A DNA stretch of 64,000 nucleotides. Source: Salpingoeca rosetta. Lineage: Eukaryota > Protista > Choanoflagellata. The stretch is from positions 408,724-472,723 of the forward strand of contig JAWQFM010000003.1 in the NCBI GenBank assembly GCA_033442325.1. Direction: 5' to 3'. A model generated the notes under the pieces. It ran no database searches. It was not told the DNA's origin and was given only the letters and a program-made list of their open reading frames with translations. Position numbers and translations under genes: made by a program. Of this stretch, positions 22,456 through 37,808 are shown piece after piece (position 1 is the first letter of the stretch; the number at the start of each line of letters is the position of its first letter).

Positions 22456-22689
22456 GGGCACGACACCACAAAAGTAAATTCAGCAAGTTCTGAACATTCA
22501 TGCAAATCTTCAAACAATCGTCTCTTTGGTTAATATGCCAAGATATCGCCAATTCGGCGCAGCCACCATCTCCACACACACCAGCCAGCCAGCTCTCTCA
22601 CTCCTCGGCGCCACTGACTGACTCATCTGCTGTGCACCTCCTTCCCCCCCCCCCCCGCTTCCTTCCCTGTGTTGACGTGAGACGCGACG

Positions 22690-23825
22690 ATGCGAGCAAC
22701 TGCTGCGGTCGCGTTGGTGGCCTCGCTTGCGATGGCTGCCTTTGCTGCCGACCCAGAGCAATGCGGCCTGTACGAGTCTACTTGCCAAAACCTCGGCAAC
22801 GACAAAGTTTCGGTCAGTGCTTGCTTGTGTGTGTTTATGTGTTGTGGCATTGTCACATGCATTCGTGTGCTCGTTGTGCTGGTGCACGCATCGAGCGTGC
22901 AACTTGCCACGTGACGTGCCAGCACCAGTGCGTGCATGTCTGTGGTGGCAGCTGGATGTGTGTGTGTGTGCATCATGGGTGGGATCTGGCCTTGTTCTCA
23001 CCCAAGCGTTTTTGACAAACAAATGGCAATAGACCAGCATGGTCATCAGTGGGGCATACACTGGCGACATTCTCATTGTCACTGAGCGCTTCTCCGACGG
23101 CACTTGCAGTTCTGCGGTACGTGCACTCCACACGCAACGCGTGTTTGAAGGTTATGAGAGACACGCGCGTCATTGCTTCTGTTTTACCAGCCCATAATGC
23201 GCACCGCAGCGTTGTCCTGTGTGACCCTCATGTGCTTGTCCCACGTCCCACCCATACCAAACACTGAATGTGTGGTGCGTTTGTTGTCCTCATCTGTGGC
23301 TGGCCACAGGATGTCTCAATTCAAGCTGTCGGCCACTGGATGGATCTTGGCAACGACACTGGCGTGGTGCGTGCATGGGCGATGAGTTGTCGTGCGGTTT
23401 AGCTGCCGGTGGTGGTGGTCGTCGTGGTACCTGTTGTTGTTCATTGTGGTAGTGGATGCTCTTGGTCATTCTCGTTTTGGACATTGTGGTCGTCGATTTG
23501 GTGATGGTGTGGCCGTTGTCGTGGTGGTCATCGTTGTAGCCGTTGTCGTGGTGGTCTCGTTCTGCAACAACGCGATGCACCCCACTCTGTGCATTTCAGT
23601 GCCTTGTGGCTGAGCCTTTTGCATCGTGTCTTCCAACCTTGCCACATGCCCTCACTCCGATACGACCCTGCAGGGCCGCTACTGGCAAGTGACGTACTCC
23701 GAGGTGACGGTCACCCCAAACACGGACGCGTGGGTGCAGAAGCTGAACAACGAATGCCCTTGCACCGGCAAGTGGAAGAAGGGTCAGGAGCGCGCCCTCA
23801 CCGCCTGCGTCCCAGGTTCGCCAGT

Positions 23826-23892
<67 letters not shown>

Positions 23893-26144
23893 ACGTGCGT
23901 GTGTATGTGTGCGCGCGCGCGCGTGTGTGTGTGTGTGTTTGCACGTGCGTGTGTTTGCACGTGCGTGTGTATGTGTGCGCGTGTGTGCGCGTGTGTTTGT
24001 TTTGCTACCATTGTGTGAGTTTGTGTATCTGCCATTGTGTGTGTATTTTTCTGTTTTGGTGCACATGCCTTGCCCCCCCCCCCCTTGACACACCACCAAC
24101 GTACATGCATACATGGCATGTGTAGGCACGTGCGACACGACCGACTGGGTCGGCGGCCTTACTGGTGCCAACACCAAAGGCATCCAGATCGGCAACCCGG
24201 CATTTGGCTTCTCCTCCGTACGTAATTTGCATCACTGTATACCCCCATCGTGGCAACCCATGTGCCGTGCTAGTGATAACCCTCCCCCCTTCTCCTCCCT
24301 CTCCCAAGCTCACATGCAGGGCTTGTCGATGTTCCCTTGTTTCCCGCCATTGCGCGTGTCACCAGGCTGACGACAAGGAGATTACCATCTCGTTCCTGGA
24401 TGCGGACTACTCCACCGGCATCGGCCTCACACGGCAGGACACCTGGCAGACTGTCACACGCTCAGAAGGTGCCCCGTGGTGTTTCTGTGTATGCGTCCGT
24501 GTGGCTGTGCTTTTGTGTATGTGTGTGTGTGTGTGTTTGTGCGTGTGTGTCTCTCTGTGTGTCTGTGTGTGTGTGTAACATCGCCCTCCCTGTCACCCGT
24601 CTCTTCTCACTGCTGTCTGTTGCCGGCCAACCCACCGTGTGCCAGGGTGTGGAGCGACGACACCACGGCAGTCGTACTGCGGCGTGTGGACGCTTCGCTG
24701 CAGCCCCAGCTTCATCAGCGGCGCCATGGCCCGCACCGGCCAGTTTGTCTACGAGGGGCCCGTCGCTGATGTGCGTACGCGCCAGTGCACACAGGGCCAG
24801 CGCGCTGCTGTCTTGTGCCGTTCTTTCATTCGTGTGTGTGTGTGTATGTGTATGTGTGTGTGTGCGTGTGTGTATGTTTGTTGATGTGTTTTTGATGGTA
24901 GAGATATAACACTGTACATGCATTTGCATGCTTGATGGGGACACCTTCGTCCTCTCCTCCTTCCCTCTGTGATGTTTCCCACACACTCACCCACTCCTCC
25001 TCCCTCTCTCCCCGGCACACGCGCACACTTGTACACACGCCATGCACCTCAGCTGTATGCGTCTGGCATCTACAAGGACAAGACTACGTACTACGCCGAC
25101 TCTGCGTGCGCCACCCCCATGTTCAGCGTGGAGACGGAGGCCACCTTTGAGACCAACGGCGTCAACATCAACATTGACGTGTGTTTGGCACCCGCTTGCT
25201 CCACTGTCACCCTCGTTTGTGCACTTTGCACCGCAGCTTGCCCATGCCCAAAGTTCAATGCACACGCACACACACGTGCACACGTGCATGCACACGCACG
25301 CACGCACGCACACACACATACATGCACACATGCACACACGCACGCGCACACATACACATGCATACATGCACATGCACACATACACACACGCACACGCACG
25401 CACACAATACACACACTCTCACACCACAACAACTCGAACGCGACACCGCCGACAACGGCTACAGGGTGCGGACATGGTGAAATACAACGCGCCGTTCATG
25501 CTGGTGCGCCCGCTGACGGACGACGCGACCAAGATGCTCAAGCACGACTGCCCCTGCGGCAACCAGGACCTGTGGGCCACCAACACCGCACGCCGCCTCA
25601 CCTCGTGCACCCTCGAGCAGTGCAACGTCGACTTCTGGAACAACCAGACGCTGACAGCGGGCACCTTCCACGGCAACATGTATGCGGTGTCACGCAACGA
25701 CTCCACACCTGAGCTGCGCCGCACCCCCGTCGTGTCGACGCCGTTCCAGGCCAAGTCGCAGAGGCCCGGCGACCTGCAGGAGCCATACATTCTCTCTGAG
25801 GACACGTGCAAGTACCCTTACGACTCTGTGCTTGAGATCTGCGGGTCGTGGAACCAGAAGTGCCATGGCGTGCTTGCCGCTGACGAGGAGATTAGCCTGG
25901 TTATCACAGGCAGTGCCGGTGACCCGTCCCAGGGAGAGGTGAGGCTGCAACTCCATGCACTGTGATGCACTGTGAAGCACTGTGGTGCGTTGTGATGCAG
26001 TGGTGTCGTGTTTGGCGTGTCGTGGGTCACGTTCGTCCAACACCTTAGGAGTGGTGGTCGTGGTGGTCGTGGTCGTGGTGGTGGTGCAGCTGCAGCTTGA
26101 CTGTGTGGGCCTCTGCGCCGCAAACACTCCTTCCGTTTTCCATC

Positions 26145-26178
<34 letters not shown>

Positions 26179-26796
26179 GCAAACACACACAAACACACAC
26201 ACACACACAAACACAAACACACGCAAACACACATAAACACACGCAAACACACACACACACATTTACACGAAAACACACGCAAACACGAACACACACACAC
26301 ACACATATACACACATATACACACATATACACACATATACACACAGGGCACGGGTGTGATCACGCGGGAGCGGCTGCGCTACCAGCACGGCAGCGGGTGC
26401 TCCAGCGAGCCGTCCATGATGATCAACGACGTTGGCTACTGGACAGACATGGGCAACAGCACCACCGTCCCCGGCGCGCGCAACATCCTCATCACCTTCA
26501 CCGAGACAGTTGCAGAGGTGTTTGACAACACCTCACGGGCGCTGCTGAACAACCACTTCAACGGCTGCCCCTGCAACGGCACGTGGGAGATTGGTCGGGC
26601 GCGTGTGCTGCACAAGTGCCCGCCCAAGACGTGCCCAGACCGCTTTGGCATCTTTGGCAACGGCGCCATCGGCACGCCTGGCTACGGCATCATCCGCGAC
26701 CAGGAGGTGTGTTGGCGCTGGTGGTGCATGTAGTGTTGGTACCCGTGGCTGGTTGTCGTCTTAGGAGGTTGTGTGTGTGTGGATGTGTGTGTGTGG

Positions 26797-26842
<46 letters not shown>

Positions 26843-28969
26843 NNNNNNNNNNNNNNNNNNNNNNNNNNNNNNNNNNNNNNNNNNNNNNNNNNNNNNNNNN
26901 NNNNNNNNNNNNNNNNNNNNNNNNNNNNNNNNNNNNNNNNNNNNNNNNNNNNNNNNNNNNNNNNNNNNNNNNNNNNNNNNNNNNNNNNNNNNNNNNNNNN
27001 NNNNNNNNNNNNNNNNNNNNNNNNNNNNNNNNNNNNNNNNNNNNNNNNNNNNNNNNNNNNNNNNNNNNNNNNNNNNNNNNNNNNNNNNNNNNNNNNNNNN
27101 NNNNNNNNNNNNNNNNNNNNNNNNNNNNNNNNNNNNNNNNNNNNNNNNNNNNNNNNNNNNNNNNNNNNNNNNNNNNNNNNNNNNNNNNNNNNNNNNNNNN
27201 NNNNNNNNNNNNNNNNNNNNGTGTGTGTGTGGAGTGTGTGTGTGTGGAGTGTGTGTGTGTGTGTGTGTGTGTGTGGATGTGTGTGTGTGTGTTGCTGGAC
27301 TCTGCGTGCTTTGTGTATCATCCTTCTCCACCTCTTCCTTCTCATCGTCCTCCGCCTCTTCCTTCTCATCGTCCTCTTCTTTCATTTTGAAACCCGTCCT
27401 CACATCATCACATCACGAACACGCTGCGTGCTCCCCTCGTCTCCACGCCCTTATTCCGTTCCCTCATCTTATCGCGTTCGTCCTTGACCACCAGGACCTG
27501 TTCCGCATGTCATCGCTGCACGACAACCCAACGGACGGCTTTGACGAGTTCCTTCAGCTTGATGACTACCCCTTCCACCAGACAGAGCTCTGCCGCCCAC
27601 CGCCGCTGGAGGATGAGTATGGTGGGGTGTGGGAGCGCCCGTGCAACCCCGGTGACGCTGGCCTTGACTTCAAGGGCGTCATGGAGATTAAGGGCAACAA
27701 GTACGAGATGAGGCACACCTTCTACACCGCAGGCTTTGGCTGCCTCGGCACCGTGGCCCTCCGCTTCCTGCAGCAGGGCAAGGTGAGAAAGCAAGAGCAC
27801 AGCATGGTTTTGGGGGGGGGGGTGTGAAAAGTGATATGCCGCTGTTGCTGGTGATCGCAGTGCCCATCTCCTTGCCATTCCAGCCTGCTCCCCTCCCCCA
27901 CCTTCTCCATCACAAGTAATCAGTATCCTTCGCTCACATTGACGCCGCCACCCCCACCTTCCCCTTCCTCCCCCTCCCCCCCCCCCCACTTCCTTATTCC
28001 GAGCAGATTGACATTGGGTCGCGGCCAAACCAGATCCCCAACGGTCGGGAGCTGACGCTCAAGCCGGCCGCCTTTGAGGTCACCCCGCTCAACCAGGATG
28101 CCGTCAACGCCCTCACTCAGGAGTGCCCCTGCAGTGTTGGCGCCACAATCTGGGCCGTCAACCGCACCATCACGTACGCCTGAGCCAATGTGCATGCATG
28201 CGTCTGGGTCTGTGTGTGTTGGAATATAAAACCTGTCTGCCTCTATTTTATGTGTGTGCATGCCTGTGTCTGGGTCCATGTGTGTATCTATGTATATCGG
28301 TCTGTTTCTCTTTATGTGTGCATGGGCGGCTGTCGTGCGCGCGTATGTGGAAGTTTTTCTGCGTGTTTCTGCTTCGCCCACCTGCGTGTCCGTCTGACCC
28401 TTCATTCTCTCGTACCTGCTCGCTTGCGCGTCCTCACGCTTCCGTGCTGTCATCATGCCATGTCTCGATGGCTCTGTTGCCTTGGCCTTTGCTTCACCTC
28501 TCCCTGCAGCTTCAAGCAACCATGCCCGCCCAACACCTGCAACAACTTTGCTTTCCTTCGCCAGCCACTCGGTAACGCGAACCGCACAACACTACCTCTG
28601 ATTTGATCGCTGCGGGGGTGGGACTGGCGTCGTCCCAGCTGTGCATTTGCCGCCCAATCGACCACCACATCGCTCATGCTGTGCTGCTCCACCAACTACT
28701 CACTCCACTTCCCATGTTTGACTGTCTTCCATGTGTATTTCGCTGTGTCCACAGGTGGGCACGCCTACGGCGTGCTGCTTCGTTACGGCCAGTTCCTGCG
28801 CATGACCAAACTCCTCAGCGACAAGGTCCACGGCTTTGCACAGGTACGACCGTTCGTTCGTTTGTTTGTTTGTTCACTTTGCCATGTATGTGGGACGGGG
28901 TGTATCTTCAACTGTGCATTTGCCAGTGTGTTGCTTTACCTTGGCTGCGTTTGTTTGGCCAAGGCACAC

Positions 28970-29011
<42 letters not shown>

Positions 29012-29423
29012 CTCTCTCTCTCTCTCTCGCACACTCGCACTTACACGCTCGCACACACACACATGTACACGCTCGCACACACTGTCTGTGCCACAGAGCT
29101 TCACAGCGCAGGACTTCTACTGGGTGCTGGCCAAGTCTGCGTCAAACAAGTCGGGCAACAAAGGCATTGATGCTGGCGGCGTGCTGCTGCTCATTGCTTT
29201 CTTTGGCGGCCTGGCCTATCTCGCCGCAGGCATGGTCTTCAACTACCAGCGCTCGGGCGTGCCTCGCATCCCGCACGCGGAGTTCTGGACCAGCCTGCCC
29301 GGCCTCATCAGCGACGGCTTTGCGTTCACGCTCTCTGGCTTTGGTCTGTTTGGCCGCAGCCGCAAGTATGCGGCTATGACCAACGTCGCGGAGACAGACA
29401 CCTCCAGCTACGGCGCCCTCTAG
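22690..29423 (+). CDS. Type I membrane protein: signal peptide, four APCDD1-like repeats, ATG27/CD-M6PR-type TM and cytoplasmic tail; about 15 exons, spans the assembly gap
   Basis: Signal [19 protein letters not shown]. Each repeat starts (C/G)Gx(W/Y)xxxC and contains a V(T/R)P-like strand followed by CPC...W. Last exon (~29097-29423) reads [56 protein letters not shown]...SSYGAL. Confidence 0.8.
26843..27220. other. Assembly gap (N run) inside a (GT)n intron
   Basis: 378 N bases flanked by GT microsatellite. Confidence 0.99.
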
Positions 29424-30153
29424 ATGGAGACTTTTGGTGCCGCTGTGTGTTCCGGCCTGTCTCCTTATCCCTCCCACCTATCACCCTTCCTCCTCTCCCT
29501 TATGTTTCCACACATCGTGTGTCTCATCAAGTCGGTTTGTGTGTGTGTATGTGTGTGTGTTCATGTATGTGTGTGTGTGTGTGTTCATGTATGTGTGTGT
29601 ATATGTGCCCTAGTCGTTTTGTGCTGTTTCCTCCGCATTGTGTGTGCCTTCACAGTTCGTGCCTACCTGTGGTTTTTCGTTGTGCGTTTCCCACATCCTT
29701 TACACACGGCGTCATTGTTGGTGTTGTCGCCTGTCATTGGCTTGCTTCCCCTTGTGTGTGTGTGTGTGTGTGTGTGTTTCTGCGTGTGTTCTTGCTTGAT
29801 GTGTAGTTCTCTGACTTGTTATCCCCAACAACGACAGCTTGTGCGTGCGTGTTGCTTTTGCATTGTGCCACGACAGCAACACCATCCACGCATTGGCATC
29901 CGCCATCAGTCTTTCCATCGTCAGGTTGCGTGCTTAGCATTGTGGTGATGGTGGAAGCATTGTGTTGATGGTGGAGTGTTTCTTGCGTCAAACACACAAG
30001 ACCTACACGCACAATACACAGAGGAGAAGCAAAATGAAGCAGAGAGACTGACTCAGAGACATGAGCGAGACAGACTCAGAGGGACAGAGACATGGAGAGA
30101 CAACAAACTGACACAGAAAGACAGAGAGAGGCGGGAACAGGCAGAGGGAGCGC

Positions 30154-30208
<55 letters not shown>

Positions 30209-30303
30209 GAGCAGTCAAGGACAGAGGGTGCACGTCCATCACCTCTGATTCAACATTGGAAAGGGGTGTGCGTCAAGCGACACGCGACGCCTAGGCTAGC
30301 AGT

Positions 30304-31504
30304 TCACCATTGCAAGCGGGCGAATGCCGACTCAAACATCTCCTTCTCTGTGTCTTGACTCGCTTCCAGGCCTGTGCGTGTATGTTGGGGAATGTGAGGA
30401 GTTAAGACGAACGAAATGACATGACAGCGATGGAACACAGTGACCACGACACATCGGGCATGTGTGAATGCTGACTCACTCTCGATGAAGCCCCTGAGAG
30501 ACAGCAGCTTTGCAGAGGCTATCGCCTGCAATGTGTGTTACAGACATGCGCAGGAAAGTGTGAGTGAGCCAGGCATGAAGTCAAGCGGGCAGCAGTCGTG
30601 GTGCACACGAGCGTGGACGTACAGCGGGGTCGTTGGAGGTGAGGGTTTGAACGAGGTCATCGCACACACGTGGCGCTTCGCCAGCAGGTGCCAGGTGGCT
30701 GAACAGCCCATAGTTGTGCGCATCCTTGGCAGTGAACTGCAGAAGTGTGTTCGCACGCGTGCACAAAGAACGTGGGAGGAGCAAGCACTGAGAGAAGAAA
30801 GTGATCGTGTGGTGCCGACACAATTCAGGTGGTGAACGCACACACACACACGCATGCACACGTACATACACACACACATGCACACATACACGCACACATA
30901 CACACATACACACATACACACATACACACACGCACACGCACACACAACGATGTCATGCGAGTGCGTGTGCTCACCATACGCGCAGACATGAGTGCCTGGG
31001 ATGCGCGGTGGGCCCCAACCATGTGAATCAGGCGAGCGGCACCACCCCAGCCGGGCGTTAAACCTCGTCTCGCATGCACGAAGCGTATCCTCGCTGCAGC
31101 TTCGTCTGCCACTTGATAGTCTGTCATCTTCATATACACGCACACATACACGCGCACACGCACATAACCATGCGGGAAGCACATCACAGTCAAGCACACA
31201 ACACATGCATGGAATGCACAATACAGTAAGTGTGCGACAACTGAAGATCCATCAAAGACCAAGGGGATGTTGAAACGGTGCAACGCCACTGCAATTGTGG
31301 CCAGTCCAAGAACACTTACGGTGACGAGCTCAGAGCCACCGCCGATAGCATCGCCTTGAAGGAGCGCGATTGTGGGCACGCTGAGGGTCTTGAAACATGT
31401 GGTCACCGTCTTTGCAGAATGTTGGGCATTGGCGTTGTGAGATCAAACAAGCGGCAGCGTTGGTTAATCCGTTGACCAAACGAAATCGCCTTGGTTGTGC
31501 GTGA

Positions 31505-31562
<58 letters not shown>

Positions 31563-32175
31563 TTGAATGCAAGAGCAGGCAAGCACACAGATCGGGCCAT
31601 TGATTGCCAAGAATATGCTGTTTTAAACACAAGGACGCACAACACCTCGGCCGCGCCTTCATAACAAAACTCACGTGCATGAAGTTGAGCATGTCCTTGG
31701 CTGTGTCTGCGGTTGCATTGGCGAGAAGATTCAAGTCTGAGCCCGCGCAGAAGTGGCGCCCAGCGCCCTGAATCACGACACACGCCAGCTTTGGCTTTGC
31801 CGCAGTTGCGGATGCAGGATCTTGGAGCTCAAGACCAACAGCCGTCTGGACGGCATCCCCCAGCTCGGCCAGCATCTTGCCACACAGCGCATTTGCCCGA
31901 AGGGGGTTGTCCAGCGTGATGCGCAGCACTGTGTTGGGTGGTGTCGATGACTCCGTTGCAGCAGCAGTAGATGTACGAGCGCTCTTGCTATTGCTGTTGC
32001 TCATGTCCTTGCTCTTAGTCTTGTTCTGATCCTCGTTCCCCTCGCGCCTGATTTCCTCCAGCGTCGTTCTCACAGTCCCGCTTCCACCCAGCTGCCTCAG
32101 GCGCTCCTGTACAACTCGGCTGTCCGTGAACAGCTCCTGGCGCAGCCGCCGCACAAACGACAGCCGCTGCAACAT
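30304..32175 (-). CDS. ECHDC1: Crotonase-superfamily enzyme, ethylmalonyl-CoA decarboxylase (ECHDC1)-like, multi-exon
   Basis: ITLDNPLRANALCGKMLAEL, GRHFCAGSDL, IALLQGDAIGGGSEL, IRFVHARRGLTPGWGGAARLIHMVG. The FVH..G..P.WGG..RL signature is typical of ECHDC1. Last exon ends ...EKEMFESAFARLQW*. Confidence 0.8.
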
Positions 32176-32918
32176 TGTGTGTGTGTGTGTGTATCTGTGT
32201 GTGTGTGTGTGTGTGTCTGTGTGTGTCTGTGTGTGTCTGTGTGTGTCTGTGTGTGTCTGTGTGTGTCTGTGTGTGTCTGTGTGTGTCTGTGTGTGAAGGT
32301 TGTGGTGAGCACGTTCCGCTCAAGTGCCGATTGTTTGTGAATGTGGTGCCAAATCTTCACAACTTGACGCGCCGCTGAATCGCATTCAAGCCTTTACGCG
32401 CGCCCGTTTGAGCATTTGGGCTTGGACAGCAACAACGGCACTGCTGCCACCGCCGCTGCCACCGCCACCACCGACAACGATGAGGGACAGCCACGCAGCG
32501 CCCCAGTGACCTCACGAAGCCCCGGTGGCCCGGCCGCAACAGAGCCCCCTGCAACTGTCTAAGCGACAGTCGCAGCACTACACATGAGCCTCGCACCTCA
32601 CCGAGGCACTTGGTTTCTATCTATCTATTGATTCACTTTTCTTTCTGTCTATGAGGCGCGTGCTCTCACACACATTCACCCATGCGCACCGTTGCCCTTT
32701 GTTTTGCCGCAATTGCCTTCCCCATCTTTGAGCGCCGGGAGCAGTGTAAGATTTCAGCGAGTTTTCCCCAATAAACCCTTGAACACAACAAGACGACAGA
32801 ACACTAGGACAACCACTTTATTCAGCGCACCAGCGCATGCCTTGGGGAAGACAGCTTTAGAGCTTGACTTAAACGTGACAGCAACACATCCATCAACACG
32901 GTCAAGGCAGTCAAAGCA

Positions 32919-35306
<2,388 letters not shown>

Positions 35307-36434
35307 CGTCCTGTCCTGAGCGTCGCTGAAATCGGCCAACTTGCACGAAGCAGCAGCAGGGGAGGAAGCAGGGAGACAGGCTGTGGGTTGGGAAGGTCCT
35401 CCGCGCTGGAGGTCTATAAATGCCTCCTTAGCCCTTGGGTTGTCGCGCTATGTGACTTTGCATCATGCCAGGCGACCCCATACACAACAAACGAGCTCAA
35501 GTAACCAGCAGCGAGGGCCCTTTCGGAACTCCCGGGGTAGGGGGACTTCGCGAAACTTTGCGAGGCACACGCATGCATGGGTGCTGTGGCTGGTGCTGAA
35601 GACGAATCTGCGAAAGGAACCCTACATTCCAAACCACACACAGAGATGTAGATGCAAACACAGACACAGACACACGCGCCGATTAAGACGCACAGCAGGT
35701 ACAGCAGGGGCAGGCGCGGAAAAGCCACTCGCGCGGCACATGCACGCCACTCACTCCTCGGCTGTTGACATGACACAAAAAAGACGTCACGGAGCAGATC
35801 GCAACCTTAGGAACGTTCAGGACTTTTGGGCCTTCAATCACAGCTCTTCTTCTTAGAACGCCTCTTCCGCGTGAACATGACGATACTGTGGCGAGTTGTT
35901 TTGCAGTCACTGTCACATCACATTAGCCTTACCCAAACACCTTGTTTGTACCTGCACAAGCACCACAGTCCACACGACTTGGCCCAGGGCATAACTCTGC
36001 AAATCTAATTCTTGTCATCATGTCATGTCACATCATAAAGCAACGCAATCCCCTCACCACCCGGTTCCGATCCTCTCTGGCCAGTGCGTGAACACCGGAC
36101 AGACGGTACACAAAGAGCAGAAGACTGAGTTCAAAACACGTCCCTCTCACATTCATACACCCGAACACACATTCTCTAACACACTCACACATTCACTCAC
36201 ACTCACTCACTATTCTCTCACACTCACACTCACTCTCGCATTCACTCTCACACTCACACTCACACTCACACTCACAAGCACACACATGTTATCCCAAAAC
36301 AAAAGACGAGCAAGAGTGTCAACTCAACAACCATCACGCACCCAGCAGCCCAAACAGTAACCCCTTCCCAAGCAACCCCATACCACACACACGCACACAC
36401 ACACACACACACACACGTAAGCGCGGTCGATCAA

Positions 36435-37741
36435 TTAAAGGTGCGTGTCAGCTATGGACATGCGGCGAAGCTCAACAGGCCTGACTGCAGATTCATCCAA
36501 GACCGGCAGCTGGCCAGCAGTGATGCGAGTGCTGTCCAGTGACGTGGGCTCCTCAAAGTCTGCAGTGTCGCCACTGGCGCCCTCTTGAAGATGAATGCCA
36601 GCGCGAGAGCCATCCGCACCAGCATCAAAGCGATGTCGATACTGCAGGTGCTCGTGTTGCGCATGCAAATCCACGGTGGTGCTTGGAGACATGTTGAGGG
36701 CCGTTTCATCCACGCCTTCGCCAATCACAAGGCCCGGCGCCGCAGTCAGCGCCGCAATCAGATCGTCAAACTCAGCAGTGGTGTCGTCCGCTCGCATGTA
36801 TGCCCCACTCTGTGCCGTGTCCAACGCAAAGGAGGCCCCCGCAGAATGCGATGAAGCCTTTGCTGGTGAGAGCGATGACTGTGACGGATCATCCAGGTAC
36901 TTTTGGAACGCCATGCTCGGGGATTGCAGGTAGCGCCCGTCCTTCTTGTCCAGGACCACGACGCCGCCCTGCTCGCTCCTCATCTCCAAAGCGTCTGGAA
37001 TGCCGACTGACGCCTTGCCACTGTGCCGCTGTCGGCGCAGAGTGATCACAACAGCCGCAAACATGAACACCGCGAGCAGCCACAGCGCCACCGCCCACAG
37101 CACGAGTGCCAGGGAAGAAAACAGGGCGCCAAACAGTACAGAAAGGCCGATGACGATGTTGATGCCAGCGGACACACGCAGATTGTACAGGGCGTCAAGG
37201 GTGGAGATGCCCTCGTCCTGCTCAATCGAGAACTGCTGCGCATTGAACCGGCAGTGCGATGCTTCGAGGCGCACGAGGCCGAACAGTGTCAGCAGCACCG
37301 CCACGCTGCACGGCGCAACAAAGGCCGCATACAATCCAATCTCTTGCTGAATGAACGACCTGCGACACCGCAACGCAGAATTGAGGAGGAGTGCGTCGTG
37401 TTGGTCGATGTATGTGTTGGTGGGTGTTGTGTTGGTCGTGGGTGAGACAACGCTCAGCATGTGCTTACACCATCGTGCACGCGTACAACAATACACACGA
37501 GCAAACAAGGAAAGCAACCCCACTCACGGCATGCGCAAACGGGCAAGCACAAATGTGTTGCACGTGTTTGATTTGTCACAGCAACTACATGAACACGCAC
37601 GTGTGCTTTCAAACCAGCGCACTGCATCCATACACATATCACATCATTCACGAGCATCCCTAGTCATTCACAAACAAGCACAGACACAAACACTCGAACA
37701 AACAAACACACACACACACACACAAACACAAGCACAACCAT

Positions 37742-37808
<67 letters not shown>

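Noticed and set aside
22456-22689. RFX X-box upstream of the CCDC191-like gene
   Set aside because: I found no convincing GTTGCC/GGCAAC-type site by eye.
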